Source: a virus
Lineage: Duplodnaviria; Caudoviricetes
IMG/VR virus record: IMGVR_UViG_3300025671_000008
Span: 1-54,420 of that record
Strand: one strand, 5' to 3'
DNA length: 54,420 nucleotides
The position numbers and the translations under genes are program-made. The notes beneath the pieces are model-generated. The model saw only the letters and a program-made list of their open reading frames with translations. It was not told where the DNA came from and did no database searches. Each line of letters opens with the position of its first letter. Within the stretch, counting starts at the first letter, position 1. Below are positions 10,801 to 19,777 of the stretch, piece by piece.

Positions 10801-10903
10801 GCGACCACACCAGGTCTGCACCGGCGTACACCTTGGCGACTGAATCGGTGCCAACCTTGAGACTGGCGATCGCAGATGATGCTGCCTTAAAGTCTGCCAT
10901 CAA
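7832..10903 (-). CDS. Tail fibre/receptor-binding protein with LamG/ConA-like lectin domain
   Basis: WFDASD...WADKSGN...[13 protein letters not shown]...[11 protein letters not shown]; N-terminal LKVG...KVYAG..LVW adaptor; internal domain duplication. Confidence 0.8.
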   Translation of the reverse strand: MMADFKAASSAIASLKVGTDSVAKVYAGADLVWSPPSSASADWDTYEVGAGMTQGYGNVQRTTNFDTAYPLHSGVYDPRLNFGGYTSKATARYANYTNRLAMPAYYAIWISQAEADAGTFGEADNSGWYVFQKDADPNPGGNGSQLYTPIACPTGGGDIGSGLGLFNNGGEYNVVRLLLSNYVDSTGEGGTDHWRDPDEIFVYNPTAIDGCVAWFDASDASTITGTTNISNWADKSGNTASSPYATSDLAQATSADQPSLNTGGLNGKNTIYFDGTESLIGTMPHNLLNASLFIVGKPDNDDEWVYMDAGPATYTPSSDNGSGTTVLWSNFESSGSGTDLKNYVNGVEQSWTDRDDIYQSMTAAHIYEGVDCRFTSWANSSGTTQYHLGGFGRHYTTFGFNGDIAEILIFEKALTESQRKSIEGYLAHKWGLEASLPLSHPYKSLAPTKSSNDWDVSEYENVYATDYSLGGGQSSITYTEDYNNIITPFVNSGTSLYATKIKNTGAGQLGVEIAGGNMSSLNFGKAYPYAALYSASQGWRVMEAVGGGTYKADFRYHGGSSSSGNTFNEMSTDLALLLFSDNPGSVESWRAYDGPSRYSTRQTITYTLTNSSWTNMGVSSSGDAILKDVTFSWPPGYWDGASSNTKPRFVLGSYTSGYTSAQVGALWNSLRIGFSFNGGERQILGQPVDISSNQTSYINSGDGLGNTSALAVGQTIAYFVSDLEPDWDGLANGVYGVDELNTSASTLKAIPGYAATTYSNTMTSMLLGSVTGGYVPKSGNTISGYDGIEAPYIAVYINEYSDATENLSTSNAKGWYVFKNDIPSTGATSQTEWETPIAWPSDTSTSQVATENASGYLGSDAGVKPGFIIVLLDDYIGPTGSGGTDQWTKPPIVFYGDIQTIIASNTQIDVANGAYLSGAGSYHYAQVFNGFDIGPYGYTDFLPSSSLGQGKMRYGVVNNVGSLDFEVYLNGTKTHTATGTTSTSGLNEVTLVNVAYASWTTFMSNVSVGDEIIVVSHYNERGQ

Positions 10904-11829
10904 ACAATCACGTAGAGGGTGTTCGCGTTAGGGGAGATCGCGTCATACTGGGCTTGCGTACACTTAATGACGCCGGTGATCGAACCAGAAGACACACCCG
11001 TCATCGATGGACTGGTAACAGGTGAAGTCAAAACAGCTTGCGCTCCGATGTCTGCAAGGACTTCCGAAGCACTGCGACCCACAACAGTGGTGCCACTGAC
11101 CTTCAAGAAGTCTGTGTCTACAACGCCTGCACCAAACTTAGGCACGTTGTTCGTGCTGATGCCTGTATTGAGGGTCACGATCGAAGTGCTAAGCGACGAA
11201 ATTTGCCCTGTTGAAGAGTTGTAGGACAAGCCTGTTCCTGTCGCAGACAAAGCAGCCCGTGCCCGAGCAGAAGTGTGGTATTGATTAGTGCTGCCTTCGC
11301 TTAGATCGTCCGTGTCAAACGAACTAATGTCAGCAGGTCCAGCCGGGCCTTGCGGACCAGTGGCTCCTGCTGCTCCAGTAGGTCCAGTAGGTCCAGCGGC
11401 ACCTGTTGCACCCTGCGGTCCAGTAGCCCCTGCCGGACCTTGCGGGCCGGTGGCTCCGTCAGTGCCATCAGCACCATCGTTACCCGCAGGACCTTGAGCA
11501 CCAGTAGTCCCCTGAGGCCCAGTAGGACCTGCCGGGCCAGTCGCCCCCGCAGCACCAGCGGCACCGTCAGCACCATCATTACCTGCGGGGCCTTGAGCAC
11601 CTGTCGCACCTTGGGGTCCAGTTGCACCAGCAGCACCAGTAGCACCTGCTGCACCTGCCGGACCAGTAGGGCCAGTCGGACCAGTCGGACCAGCTGGACC
11701 TTGAGGTCCTGTTGAGCCCGCAGTAGTCAGAGTCACAGCCGAAGTACTTCCAGTGGACACAGACGTTGTTGTCGTCCCCCCCACTGAGATAGTGACGTTG
11801 GTCGTATTGGGCGTGACTGTAATAGGCAT
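10900..11829 (-). CDS. Collagen-like tail fibre protein
   Basis: ~40 Gly-X-Y triplets; [15 protein letters not shown] motif; C-terminal TQAQYDA...TLYVI. Confidence 0.85.
   Translation of the reverse strand: MPITVTPNTTNVTISVGGTTTTSVSTGSTSAVTLTTAGSTGPQGPAGPTGPTGPTGPAGAAGATGAAGATGPQGATGAQGPAGNDGADGAAGAAGATGPAGPTGPQGTTGAQGPAGNDGADGTDGATGPQGPAGATGPQGATGAAGPTGPTGAAGATGPQGPAGPADISSFDTDDLSEGSTNQYHTSARARAALSATGTGLSYNSSTGQISSLSTSIVTLNTGISTNNVPKFGAGVVDTDFLKVSGTTVVGRSASEVLADIGAQAVLTSPVTSPSMTGVSSGSITGVIKCTQAQYDAISPNANTLYVIV
11340..11718 (-). repeat. Collagen Gly-X-Y coding repeat
   Basis: 9-nt periodic repeats; [13 protein letters not shown] occurs twice. Confidence 0.85.
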
Positions 11830-12182
11830 CAGACAGTGACCTCAGGAGTAAGGATCAAAGTCCCCTCGAGGATTCGAGTAATGGCCCCCCCACTTGCGGT
11901 GAATTCAACGTCGTAGACGTACTTACCAGGGGCAGTCATTGCCGAAGTCTTGTCTGAACTTATGGTGATCGTGACCTTGTTGGTATCCGCACCAGAACCA
12001 ATTACGAAATCGCTTTGGGCCAGCTCGAGAACCTTGTCCCCGCCGTACTTAGTACGGGCTTGCATCGCAAACGTACCACCTGTAAATTCCATTCCATTAG
12101 TACCGCCGTCCGCTTCGGTACGGGTGTAGTCCATCGTCGTGGTTTCGCCCTGATTGACGGTCCAGTCATAACGTGCTGACAT
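11829..12182 (-). CDS. BppU-like fibre-attachment protein
   Basis: QGET...VTITIS...T......YVYDVE.......RILEG.....P pattern. Confidence 0.65.
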   Translation of the reverse strand: MSARYDWTVNQGETTTMDYTRTEADGGTNGMEFTGGTFAMQARTKYGGDKVLELAQSDFVIGSGADTNKVTITISSDKTSAMTAPGKYVYDVEFTASGGAITRILEGTLILTPEVTV

Positions 12183-13105
12183 CAGTGATACCTTCCCTTG
12201 AATGTGCCGTACATCGAGATTTCGTCGTATCCCGAATTGTCAACCGTGTTCTTCTGGTAGTACTTCCCTGTACGCATCTGGAGATTGGCGAGATTGTCCG
12301 TAGCACTCTTGATCGCAGATCGATACTGCTGCTGAATCATCTGGTAGTGCGTGTTCGTGATCTTTCGATACGCACCAAGCTTCAACGAACCACCCGCAGC
12401 AATTGCCTCATACAGGGATTGCATGCCGATCGGTGCAATCTCGTAAGTCAAATCCCCACTCACTGAAGAATCGAACTCCAACCGTGTCACCACCTGGTTG
12501 GTTGTGACATCGTGGGATTCAATCACACGCTCTTCGACCTGACCTGACGCAGGAAGAATCCGCAGGATCTGCCCGGCGTAAGAGTTCTCACGACGATCAA
12601 GGGCTCCCAATGTTGGCGAAGCACTCAAAGTGACCGTTCGCCTGTCCCCTGCCATCGCACCGTCAGTGGCATAGTGGGGGGAGACATCTCCACTGGGCAC
12701 GTAGTAGATGGTCCATGTCCCACCAGCCAGAGATTCCTGCTTGGGATCCACACGCAACGTATTACCTTCGACGGCCCAGCCCACCCCGTGAGGGTGGAAT
12801 TCGTTGCGGGGCATCACTTCGTCAATGATCTTCCCGTCAAGATCACGACACGCAATTCGCCAGATCTCTCCTACACCAGGAGGCAGCTGGTAATACTCCG
12901 TGTTCTCATCGAAGGTGATCTCCTGCCGCAGGACAACAGGATTGTCCAGGTTCATGTTGAGGCGCGACCAGACATCAACCATCACAGGGCTGATGATGTG
13001 CCTCACAATGAAATCGTTGCTGTACTTCGCGTCGAAATCTGGGTCATCCAGATATCCACGAATACGCTCGATTACGGTATAGAGAAATGAATTCGTAGAG
13101 TGCAT
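12182..13105 (-). CDS. Putative head-tail adaptor / tail tubular protein A
   Basis: 307 aa, YYQLPP motif, position downstream of capsid genes. Confidence 0.55.
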   Translation of the reverse strand: MHSTNSFLYTVIERIRGYLDDPDFDAKYSNDFIVRHIISPVMVDVWSRLNMNLDNPVVLRQEITFDENTEYYQLPPGVGEIWRIACRDLDGKIIDEVMPRNEFHPHGVGWAVEGNTLRVDPKQESLAGGTWTIYYVPSGDVSPHYATDGAMAGDRRTVTLSASPTLGALDRRENSYAGQILRILPASGQVEERVIESHDVTTNQVVTRLEFDSSVSGDLTYEIAPIGMQSLYEAIAAGGSLKLGAYRKITNTHYQMIQQQYRSAIKSATDNLANLQMRTGKYYQKNTVDNSGYDEISMYGTFKGRYH

Positions 13106-13108
13106 GGG

Positions 13109-13660
13109 TCAACCGCCCGTAACAATGCGGCCCTTGGCCGAGTTCTGAAGATCCTCTGTGAAGGATTCAAACTCGGGGCTCTCATTGTTAGACCATTGCC
13201 GCTGCCTCAGAGAAGAAGCCGCAGTCTCGTGGCCCTGACCCTTGAGCCAGTCAGCGACACGATGCTTCTCCTCAATCCCGTCCCGCTTGGCTCTCTGCTT
13301 GGCCTTGGCCGTATCACGAATGCCCTTTCGGACGGACTCCGCGATCTCTGCCGCAGGACGCAGCCGGGTTCTGAGCCACTCCTTGTCGGGGGGGTTCCAG
13401 TCAAGAGGCTGCTCAAACGCTTCCAGCTCCATCATGATCCCAATCCCATCCCGCTCAGGGTGGTAGATCCATTTAGCCAGGACAAATGAATTGGATTGCT
13501 TGTGGTAGTACTGGAAGAGATCCTCAATCCCGCTCTCCCGCCTTGCCCACAGGATCCACTCTGAATCAGGCATCAACTGATGATGCTCAGTGAGTTGAAT
13601 CCCCGACCCCAAAGCATGTACTCGAGGGTCGAACGTAATCTCCATGTCATTCAGTGCCAT
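13109..13660 (-). CDS. Hypothetical protein
   Basis: 183 aa coupled ORF in the late operon. Confidence 0.7.
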   Translation of the reverse strand: MALNDMEITFDPRVHALGSGIQLTEHHQLMPDSEWILWARRESGIEDLFQYYHKQSNSFVLAKWIYHPERDGIGIMMELEAFEQPLDWNPPDKEWLRTRLRPAAEIAESVRKGIRDTAKAKQRAKRDGIEEKHRVADWLKGQGHETAASSLRQRQWSNNESPEFESFTEDLQNSAKGRIVTGG

Positions 13661-14178
13661 CAGATTGCTTTCTCAAATATGCCCATCCGAAGAAACTTGG
13701 GACGTATGTGATTTCGAATCCAATACGTCACCGTGTTCGCAGACTTGTAATCAAAATGCTCTGCGATCTCCTGGTAAGGGCGGCCTTCTATCCGCATCTC
13801 CACGACCAGTCTTTCTCGCTCCGTCAAGTCCTCTGGGTATTCAGCACTTGGAATCAGGATGTACCCCGAGTCGATTCCGTCATCGAGACTCGACTCAAGA
13901 ATCTTCCATTGACTGTCGCGGTATCTCCAACCAAATGACTTGCCATAGGCGTAAGCCACACGCGACCAAAGAAACGCCTTGAGATACGTGACGACAGTGC
14001 CTTTGGTAGCGTCGTAGTTACGCTCCAAAAGATCCGCACCAGTCACGTACCCCTGATTCACCAACTCGTCATGAGTCCATTTGGTGAAGTGATTAGCACG
14101 CTTCAGTGCAGACGCCCAGTTATGAAGGAACCCAATGTGGTCAGCCATGTCCCGGCTGTAGCTTTGACCTGTGGGCAT
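13660..14178 (-). CDS. Sigma-70-family (ECF-size) sigma factor-like protein
   Basis: Likely start MPTGQ at 14178; region 2-like DELVNQGY...RNYDATKGTVVTYL; region 4 LTERERLVVEMRIEGRPYQEIAEHF. Confidence 0.75.
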   Translation of the reverse strand: MPTGQSYSRDMADHIGFLHNWASALKRANHFTKWTHDELVNQGYVTGADLLERNYDATKGTVVTYLKAFLWSRVAYAYGKSFGWRYRDSQWKILESSLDDGIDSGYILIPSAEYPEDLTERERLVVEMRIEGRPYQEIAEHFDYKSANTVTYWIRNHIRPKFLRMGIFEKAI

Positions 14179-14188
14179 AGCCCCCCCA

Positions 14189-14410
14189 CTATTTCTTCTT
14201 GGATTTCCAGGAGACGCGGGCCGGACCCTTCTTTGCCGAAGTGCCCTTCTTGGTACACGCCGCCTTGGTGGGGCGACAAGCGGGGTAAGGCCGCTTGCTT
14301 CCGCCCTTTGCTGACTTGCGACCGCACGCCTTACCCGTCTTGCAGTCAATCCAACCCTTGCCGTTGTTCTGAGAGAACCACTTCTTAAGACCAGTCTTCT
14401 TCTTAGCCAT
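14189..14410 (-). CDS. Small Lys-rich protein (GLKKWF...CGR...YPACRP)
   Basis: 73 aa from MAKKKTGLKKWF; resembles a family common in marine phages. Confidence 0.75.
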   Translation of the reverse strand: MAKKKTGLKKWFSQNNGKGWIDCKTGKACGRKSAKGGSKRPYPACRPTKAACTKKGTSAKKGPARVSWKSKKK

Positions 14411-14457
14411 CAGCAGCAGCACTCCTTCCACGCCTTACCACAGCGTGGACAAATCAT
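14410..14457 (-). CDS. Possible 15 aa Cys-rich micropeptide MICPRCGKAWKECCC
   Basis: Fills the intergenic gap; TGATG overlap with the next start. Confidence 0.4.
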   Translation of the reverse strand: MICPRCGKAWKECCC

Positions 14458-14471
14458 TTCAGATGCCGGCG

Positions 14472-14630
14472 TCACTTCTTCTTCTTGCCCCCAGTGCCCC
14501 AGTTCTTAGCACCCTTCTTGCGGCACTTGACCAGAGCTCCACTGGCATAAGCAGACGGCCACTTCTTGTAACGACTCTTGACCTTGTGGTAACAAGCGTC
14601 CTTCTTGCCGCCCGTCTTCTTCTTTGCCAT
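14472..14630 (-). CDS. Small Lys-rich protein (DUF5872-like, WPSAYASG)
   Basis: MAKKKTGGKKDACYHKVKSRYKKWPSAYASGALVKCRKKG. Confidence 0.75.
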   Translation of the reverse strand: MAKKKTGGKKDACYHKVKSRYKKWPSAYASGALVKCRKKGAKNWGTGGKKKK

Positions 14631-14761
14631 TACTTCTTGACTCGCTTCTTGCTCTTCATCATCTTGCCGCAACCACCGGCCTTCTTGGCTTTCTTGGCCT
14701 TGGCGGCAGCAGCCTTGCCCTTAGCGGTGTAATCGAACTTCTTTCCATTCACGTTTGGCAT
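14630..14761 (-). CDS. Small Lys/Ala-rich basic protein
   Basis: Read by eye: MPNVNGKKFDYTAKGKAAAAKAKKAKK...; TAATG coupling. Confidence 0.7.
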   Translation of the reverse strand: MPNVNGKKFDYTAKGKAAAAKAKKAKKAGGCGKMMKSKKRVKK

Positions 14762-14762
14762 A

Positions 14763-15020
14763 TCAGCACGCCCATCTGCGGCGAGCCTTGCGGAGCCGAC
14801 TGTTCGGATCCTTGGCCGCCTTAGGAAACTTTTTCATCTGACCCGCTGAACGGGCACAGAAAGACTTCTTACGAGGACCACCTCCAGGCTGAGGAGCCTT
14901 GAGGTTGGAACCCGTCTTCTTGTTGATTCGCCGTCGACCAGCAGCGGTGAGCCCGCCCTTCTTGGACTTGCACCCGTTCTTGATCCCACAGCCCTTCATG
15001 GCACCCTTCTTCTTGGCCAT
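14763..15020 (-). CDS. Small basic protein (DUF6321-like)
   Basis: GGLTAAGR...GSNLKAP...RKKSFCARS...DPNSRL...RRWAC. Confidence 0.75.
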   Translation of the reverse strand: MAKKKGAMKGCGIKNGCKSKKGGLTAAGRRRINKKTGSNLKAPQPGGGPRKKSFCARSAGQMKKFPKAAKDPNSRLRKARRRWAC

Positions 15021-15039
15021 GTCGACCCCCCGGAAGTGG

Positions 15040-15065
15040 GGGGTGGGGGCCGAAACCCCCACCCC
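15040..15065 (-). terminator. GC hairpin after the capsid gene (leaky terminator or mRNA stabiliser)
   Basis: Minus strand GGGGTGGGGG-TTTCGG-CCCCCACCCC with a UUCG loop; weak U tract. Confidence 0.55.
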
Positions 15066-15082
15066 TTTCACTTACTACCCGA

Positions 15083-16642
15083 TCAGATGTTCGCCGCTTC
15101 GCCGTAGGTCTTCTCGGTGGTCACGCCACCAAGCTTGAGACCGGCAGGCTGATCCGGGATGAGCTGCATACGCAGCATGCCCGGCATCTGAACAGCCTCA
15201 CTGAGGAGGTGGGAACCCGCGTTCATGTACGGGTACTTCACGCTGCTACCGCCAGTGAGTGCCGGGACAACGAACCGGAACGGAACGTAAGAGTCCACTT
15301 CACCCATCTTCTGAAGGCCAGCGTAATCAGGCGGCACGTACCGCTTCCAGTTGTTGCCGGAAGTCTTCCAGCCGTAGACGGTTCCGTCTTCGACGTAGTT
15401 GGAAGTCGCACCCTTGTAGGTTCGACCTTCGAAGGTGAAGGCGAACTCGCCCGACGAGCCCTCGTTGCTGAGGTTCGAAAGAGCGTTGGTGCGATCGATC
15501 ATGTACTGACCGATCTTCTGGGCTTCGTAGGAAAGCCAGACGCCATCCGACGCAACCAGAGTATCGATCGTCTGACCGAGCTTCTGCTTGGCGGCGTGGA
15601 AACGACGGAGGTACTGACGGAGCTTCGACTCAGTCAGAACGCCGACTTCCGTCTTGATGAACGACTTGAACTCGGGGTTGTTGGTCACATCGATCTTGCC
15701 GGACATGGCAGTACCGATGGCCTCAGTACCGAGAAGATCGCCCGTTCCCTTGAGCCACGAGTTCACACCAGCGATGCCGGTGAATGCCTCGGCACTCGAG
15801 TTACCCGCAGCGAGTTCACCGCTGTTGGCGTAGACGATGATGTCGCCAGACGAAGCGTTGGCACTGATCGCGTCGTAAATGTCCTGCGAAGCGATCAGGT
15901 GGATCCAACCTTCAAGGTCATCAACCGCCTCGACATACAGCGACGTGCGAGCACTAGCCGTGTAGTTACGACGGGCACTCTTGGCGTTGTTGTAGATGTC
16001 AAGACGCTGGCCGGGGAAGAATCGCTCGTAAGCTTCTTCCGCAACCTTGACCTTGAAACGGTTCGGCGGGCCAGCAGCCGTCTCACTCTTCTGCGAAATC
16101 CTACCGAGACGGTAGTCAGAGTTCTGACTGACGTACCAGTAGTTACACATGGTGTGAGAAAGGTTCTGAGCAAAGCCCTGGAGCGTCGGAGCAATCACGT
16201 CGCCAATGACGGCGGGAGTTGCTTCCATCTGCATTTCACCCAGGGTGAGCATCAGGTTGGTGTACATCGCCCGCATGGGAACCGAAAGGCTGAACGTCTT
16301 GGCCTTGGGCCCATCGGCGGGGTCAGGGAACGTCGCCATCGTGCCACTGTTGGACTTGATGAGACGATCGCCCACAGCCACCGAGTTCTGCTCGTCACCG
16401 AAAAGACCGAAGTCATTGACGGGGTTCATCTGTTCGATGACACCAGTCATGCCGGTGCGATAGAGCTTGTTGACGACGAAGTCGCGAGAAAATTCCGAGA
16501 TCGGACCGACACCCTGAGAGGTGACGACCGTATCCCGCCAGACAGGATCCAGAGTCGGGAGGATCGTGTCGATCTGCTTGGAGAGGATCTCCTCAATACG
16601 GCCCGATTCCGTATTAAAGATCTGTCCTGCTGAAGAAGCCAT
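15083..16642 (-). CDS. Major capsid protein
   Basis: 519 aa, strong codon bias, GAGG RBS, follows scaffold and portal, followed by hairpin. Confidence 0.8.
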   Translation of the reverse strand: MASSAGQIFNTESGRIEEILSKQIDTILPTLDPVWRDTVVTSQGVGPISEFSRDFVVNKLYRTGMTGVIEQMNPVNDFGLFGDEQNSVAVGDRLIKSNSGTMATFPDPADGPKAKTFSLSVPMRAMYTNLMLTLGEMQMEATPAVIGDVIAPTLQGFAQNLSHTMCNYWYVSQNSDYRLGRISQKSETAAGPPNRFKVKVAEEAYERFFPGQRLDIYNNAKSARRNYTASARTSLYVEAVDDLEGWIHLIASQDIYDAISANASSGDIIVYANSGELAAGNSSAEAFTGIAGVNSWLKGTGDLLGTEAIGTAMSGKIDVTNNPEFKSFIKTEVGVLTESKLRQYLRRFHAAKQKLGQTIDTLVASDGVWLSYEAQKIGQYMIDRTNALSNLSNEGSSGEFAFTFEGRTYKGATSNYVEDGTVYGWKTSGNNWKRYVPPDYAGLQKMGEVDSYVPFRFVVPALTGGSSVKYPYMNAGSHLLSEAVQMPGMLRMQLIPDQPAGLKLGGVTTEKTYGEAANI

Positions 16643-16653
16643 GGGTATTTACC

Positions 16654-17535
16654 TCATGCTTTGGAGTCGCCACCCGGATCGGAGAGCGACCGAAGAATCT
16701 GATCAGAAGTCCAGTCACGCAACTGGGCTTCGACATCCCCATACGCCTTGTTGGTCGTATCGGGAAGCTCAACGGGCTTCCGCTGAGAGAGAGTTTCGGT
16801 CTGCTCCGCCGTTTCCGAGACACGTCCAATCTTGGAGGTATCACCGATTACCGTGAGCATGTCCTTGGAAACCTTGGATGCGGCCTTGTTCACTTCCTCC
16901 GCAAGCCAAGAATCTTCAAATGTTCCGGCTGCATCTCGTCGCCGACGGAGGTTTTCAAGAGCCGTGGCTCTGACTTGCTCCGTGATCCGTTCCTTTGCAC
17001 CCGTAAGGTCTTCGGAACTGCGAGTCGATTCGATCCAGCCAAGAAGAACTTTCGCATCTTCGTTGTCTTTGACCGCAGAAGAAACCGTTTTTTCCATCTC
17101 GGTTTTGAGATTCTGGGCACGCATTCGGTTGATCTCTTCCTGCATCCGACGCGCACTCTGACGAGCTTCTTCGTCCTTCATTTCAGGCATTTCCTGCGGT
17201 GCTTCCTGACTCATCGTGGGCTCCTCTTCGTCATAAATCTTGACCCAATCTTCGACCTGGTCATGTTCGTATCCGGCAGAAAGAAGCATTCGACGAGCGT
17301 CGTTCTTCTTGACCTGCATGTCCGTCTCCGGGTTCATCAGACGCATGGTCGATTCCCGGAATTCATTCAGTTGAGTGTTCTGTTCCTGAAGGGATGCAAG
17401 CTGCTCTCGAGCATCTGCAAGCTCTTTCAGTGAATACTCGTTCCCCCCCACCTTGACCGTTTGATCCAAGTCAAGCGTTTCGGTGGCCCCCGTGTCTTCC
17501 ATGACTTCCGGGGTTTCGGTCTGCTCATCAGACAT
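16654..17535 (-). CDS. Capsid scaffolding protein
   Basis: Acidic coiled-coil with TVKVGGNEYSLKEL motif, between portal and capsid. Confidence 0.75.
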   Translation of the reverse strand: MSDEQTETPEVMEDTGATETLDLDQTVKVGGNEYSLKELADAREQLASLQEQNTQLNEFRESTMRLMNPETDMQVKKNDARRMLLSAGYEHDQVEDWVKIYDEEEPTMSQEAPQEMPEMKDEEARQSARRMQEEINRMRAQNLKTEMEKTVSSAVKDNEDAKVLLGWIESTRSSEDLTGAKERITEQVRATALENLRRRRDAAGTFEDSWLAEEVNKAASKVSKDMLTVIGDTSKIGRVSETAEQTETLSQRKPVELPDTTNKAYGDVEAQLRDWTSDQILRSLSDPGGDSKA

Positions 17536-19527
17536 TTACTGGGCTCCTTGCATCTGCGGCGAAGGCATCTGCGGTTGCTGAGGTTGCTGCGGCATTCCTT
17601 CTGCCATTGCAGCCATGAGATCAGGGTTCGGGACCGTGTTAGGCAAGGACCGACCCATGAATTGAATCAAGGATTCGCGATACTTCTTGAACTCATCGAT
17701 CACACCTGGATCTGCCTTGGCCATCTGAGGACTGGACATGAAGGAAGACAGCACTCGAATCTGGAACTCGGGTGCCGAGGTATGAGGCGTGATGATGATT
17801 TGTCCTGGGCTCATTCCATCGCCATACAAAGTCAGGATGTTCTGAACCACCAGCTCGTAAGCCGCCTGGTTCTCATCCATGTACATCGCGAAGTCGAGTC
17901 CCTCCTTGAGAGCAAACAACTTCAAGGCATCCGGATCCATCAGTCCGGCCTGAAGAAGTTGCATCGCTTCCTGCTTGCGAGCTACTTCCGACCGAGGATT
18001 GATCTGCTTCACGGAGAAAGTCAGGCTCGAGACGTTCGGAATGGGGTTGTTCTCGAACGAAACCTCACTGCGATCGAAGTCGATGACAGCCCCGGCCAGA
18101 TCCAAGTCAAGACTGGTGACTGGAAGCGGCTTGGGTGACATCATCAATTCACGAGACGCATTTGAAACAATCGATCGATAGACCTTGCCGAATGCCTGGG
18201 ACACACCCATGGTCGGATTCGTCATGGCCCGATTGATCTGTTCGTCGAGGAACTGAAGTCCAGTCGCAGAATCGACTCGTCCCTTCTCGGCAATGAGATC
18301 CTGAACTGGATTGATCGACTGCATCAATTGCTTTGCGAACTGAGCCGTCTTTCCTGGGATATCGCCTGCGTTGTGGGGAGAGATCACAAACGGACTGAAC
18401 TTCTCGTTCAAGGGGTCAGGCTGATACGAGATCATCCTGAGTCCCTTACCCACATCCCGGAGTACAGAACGCTCATTGAACGAGCCCTGAGGCATCACAA
18501 CGACGCCGTACTTGTCGATGTCCCGGATGTTGTTGAACAAGGACTTCAACATCTTCTCCATCTCTCGATTGATCGAGAAGAGGAGATCGAACAGGCCCGC
18601 ACCATGGAACGTGCCCGTATCCATGAACCGACAGAAGCCGATCGGGCAGTAGGTCTGGGTGTTGGAGAGATCCTGATCCTCGATCATGTAATCACCCGAG
18701 CAGATGATGTATCGAGAGCAGGTTCCCTTAGGGCCATCGAGCCAAAGTTCACGGACCCGAACCACCGACATCTCCGTTTCAGGATGATCGCCGTGATAGT
18801 TGTCGCCCGTGAAAGCATTCGTGGTCCGGCCAAAGTCGCCGTCCACATCAGACTCCTCCATCACGTCACCCGTCTGGATCTCGTAGTACTCGAGATCCTC
18901 AAGGTTGCTCTTGATGCGAGGGCCGAACTTCTCAACCAATGTCTCGAGAGGCACCAATCGCTGACGGACGATGCCCGACTGCTTGGTGTAATCCTGAGAA
19001 ATCGAAGGGAACGGGAACAGCTCCTTGGGGTGAATTACCTCAAGATCTGCGGTCAATCCAATGGTGGGATGATCAGAGATATGTCCCTGAATCCCTGCGG
19101 ACCCAAGAGCCACCAGAGTATGAGCAAACTTCTGGCTGACCTCAGCGATCTGGTCCGGTGACACCAAGGCATCAGCAAGAAGCTGAGCAATGGAACGCTG
19201 CCGGATCATTGGGAGACTGGTGCCTGTCCTGAGAACCTTGGGCCTCAGATCCATGGAGGCCAGACGAGCGGCAGCCCGGTCAATGGCCGACAGCATCTCC
19301 TGAGATTGGAACTCAAGGTTGCCGTCTTCATCGAGATAGTGGGGGGAGAGGCGACCAGAAGCAGGATCAAACACGTCAAATCGACGCATCCCGTTCAGGT
19401 AGTAATAGACAAGAAGCCAGGTAATCCGTCGATAGGAAAGACGAGCAGTCTCCCGATCAACGTGATCTTCGATCATCCGGCAGATGTCACGCTTCTTTTT
19501 CGGGAGCTTGAACGTCTGATGAGCCAT
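17536..19527 (-). CDS. Portal protein
   Basis: 663 aa, downstream of TerL, Q/P/M-rich tail, DSATGLQFLDEQ segment typical of podovirus-type portals. Confidence 0.8.
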   Translation of the reverse strand: MAHQTFKLPKKKRDICRMIEDHVDRETARLSYRRITWLLVYYYLNGMRRFDVFDPASGRLSPHYLDEDGNLEFQSQEMLSAIDRAAARLASMDLRPKVLRTGTSLPMIRQRSIAQLLADALVSPDQIAEVSQKFAHTLVALGSAGIQGHISDHPTIGLTADLEVIHPKELFPFPSISQDYTKQSGIVRQRLVPLETLVEKFGPRIKSNLEDLEYYEIQTGDVMEESDVDGDFGRTTNAFTGDNYHGDHPETEMSVVRVRELWLDGPKGTCSRYIICSGDYMIEDQDLSNTQTYCPIGFCRFMDTGTFHGAGLFDLLFSINREMEKMLKSLFNNIRDIDKYGVVVMPQGSFNERSVLRDVGKGLRMISYQPDPLNEKFSPFVISPHNAGDIPGKTAQFAKQLMQSINPVQDLIAEKGRVDSATGLQFLDEQINRAMTNPTMGVSQAFGKVYRSIVSNASRELMMSPKPLPVTSLDLDLAGAVIDFDRSEVSFENNPIPNVSSLTFSVKQINPRSEVARKQEAMQLLQAGLMDPDALKLFALKEGLDFAMYMDENQAAYELVVQNILTLYGDGMSPGQIIITPHTSAPEFQIRVLSSFMSSPQMAKADPGVIDEFKKYRESLIQFMGRSLPNTVPNPDLMAAMAEGMPQQPQQPQMPSPQMQGAQ

Positions 19528-19777
19528 GTTTCATTTTCCGTGCAGCAACCCCACCTGGTCGCCAAGTGGGTGGTACATCTGAAGGATTGAAATGAATGTT
19601 GGAAAGATTCAAATTTCCTGGTACTTGTGGTTCAGGAGTTTCGACTGGCTGGACTGGTAGGTCGGCATTTCGCTGCTGGCCGTAGTAAGCCCGAGCCATC
19701 GCTTCGTAGAGGAAATAAGGAATCGTGACCTGCTGATGCGGATCAGACTCGTGAGGGAGGGGTGTCTCGTTCTCCAT
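19487..19777 (-). CDS. Hypothetical protein
   Basis: Start MENETP at 19777, between TerL and portal. Confidence 0.55.
   Translation of the reverse strand: MENETPLPHESDPHQQVTIPYFLYEAMARAYYGQQRNADLPVQPVETPEPQVPGNLNLSNIHFNPSDVPPTWRPGGVAARKMKHGSSDVQAPEKEA

Noticed and set aside
7832-10903. Diversity-generating retroelement target
   Set aside because: No reverse transcriptase and no near-identical template/variable repeat pair; the duplication is old and protein-level.
15209-16633. 474 aa ORF antisense to the capsid gene
   Set aside because: Expected from strong codon bias of the capsid gene; no RBS or domain.
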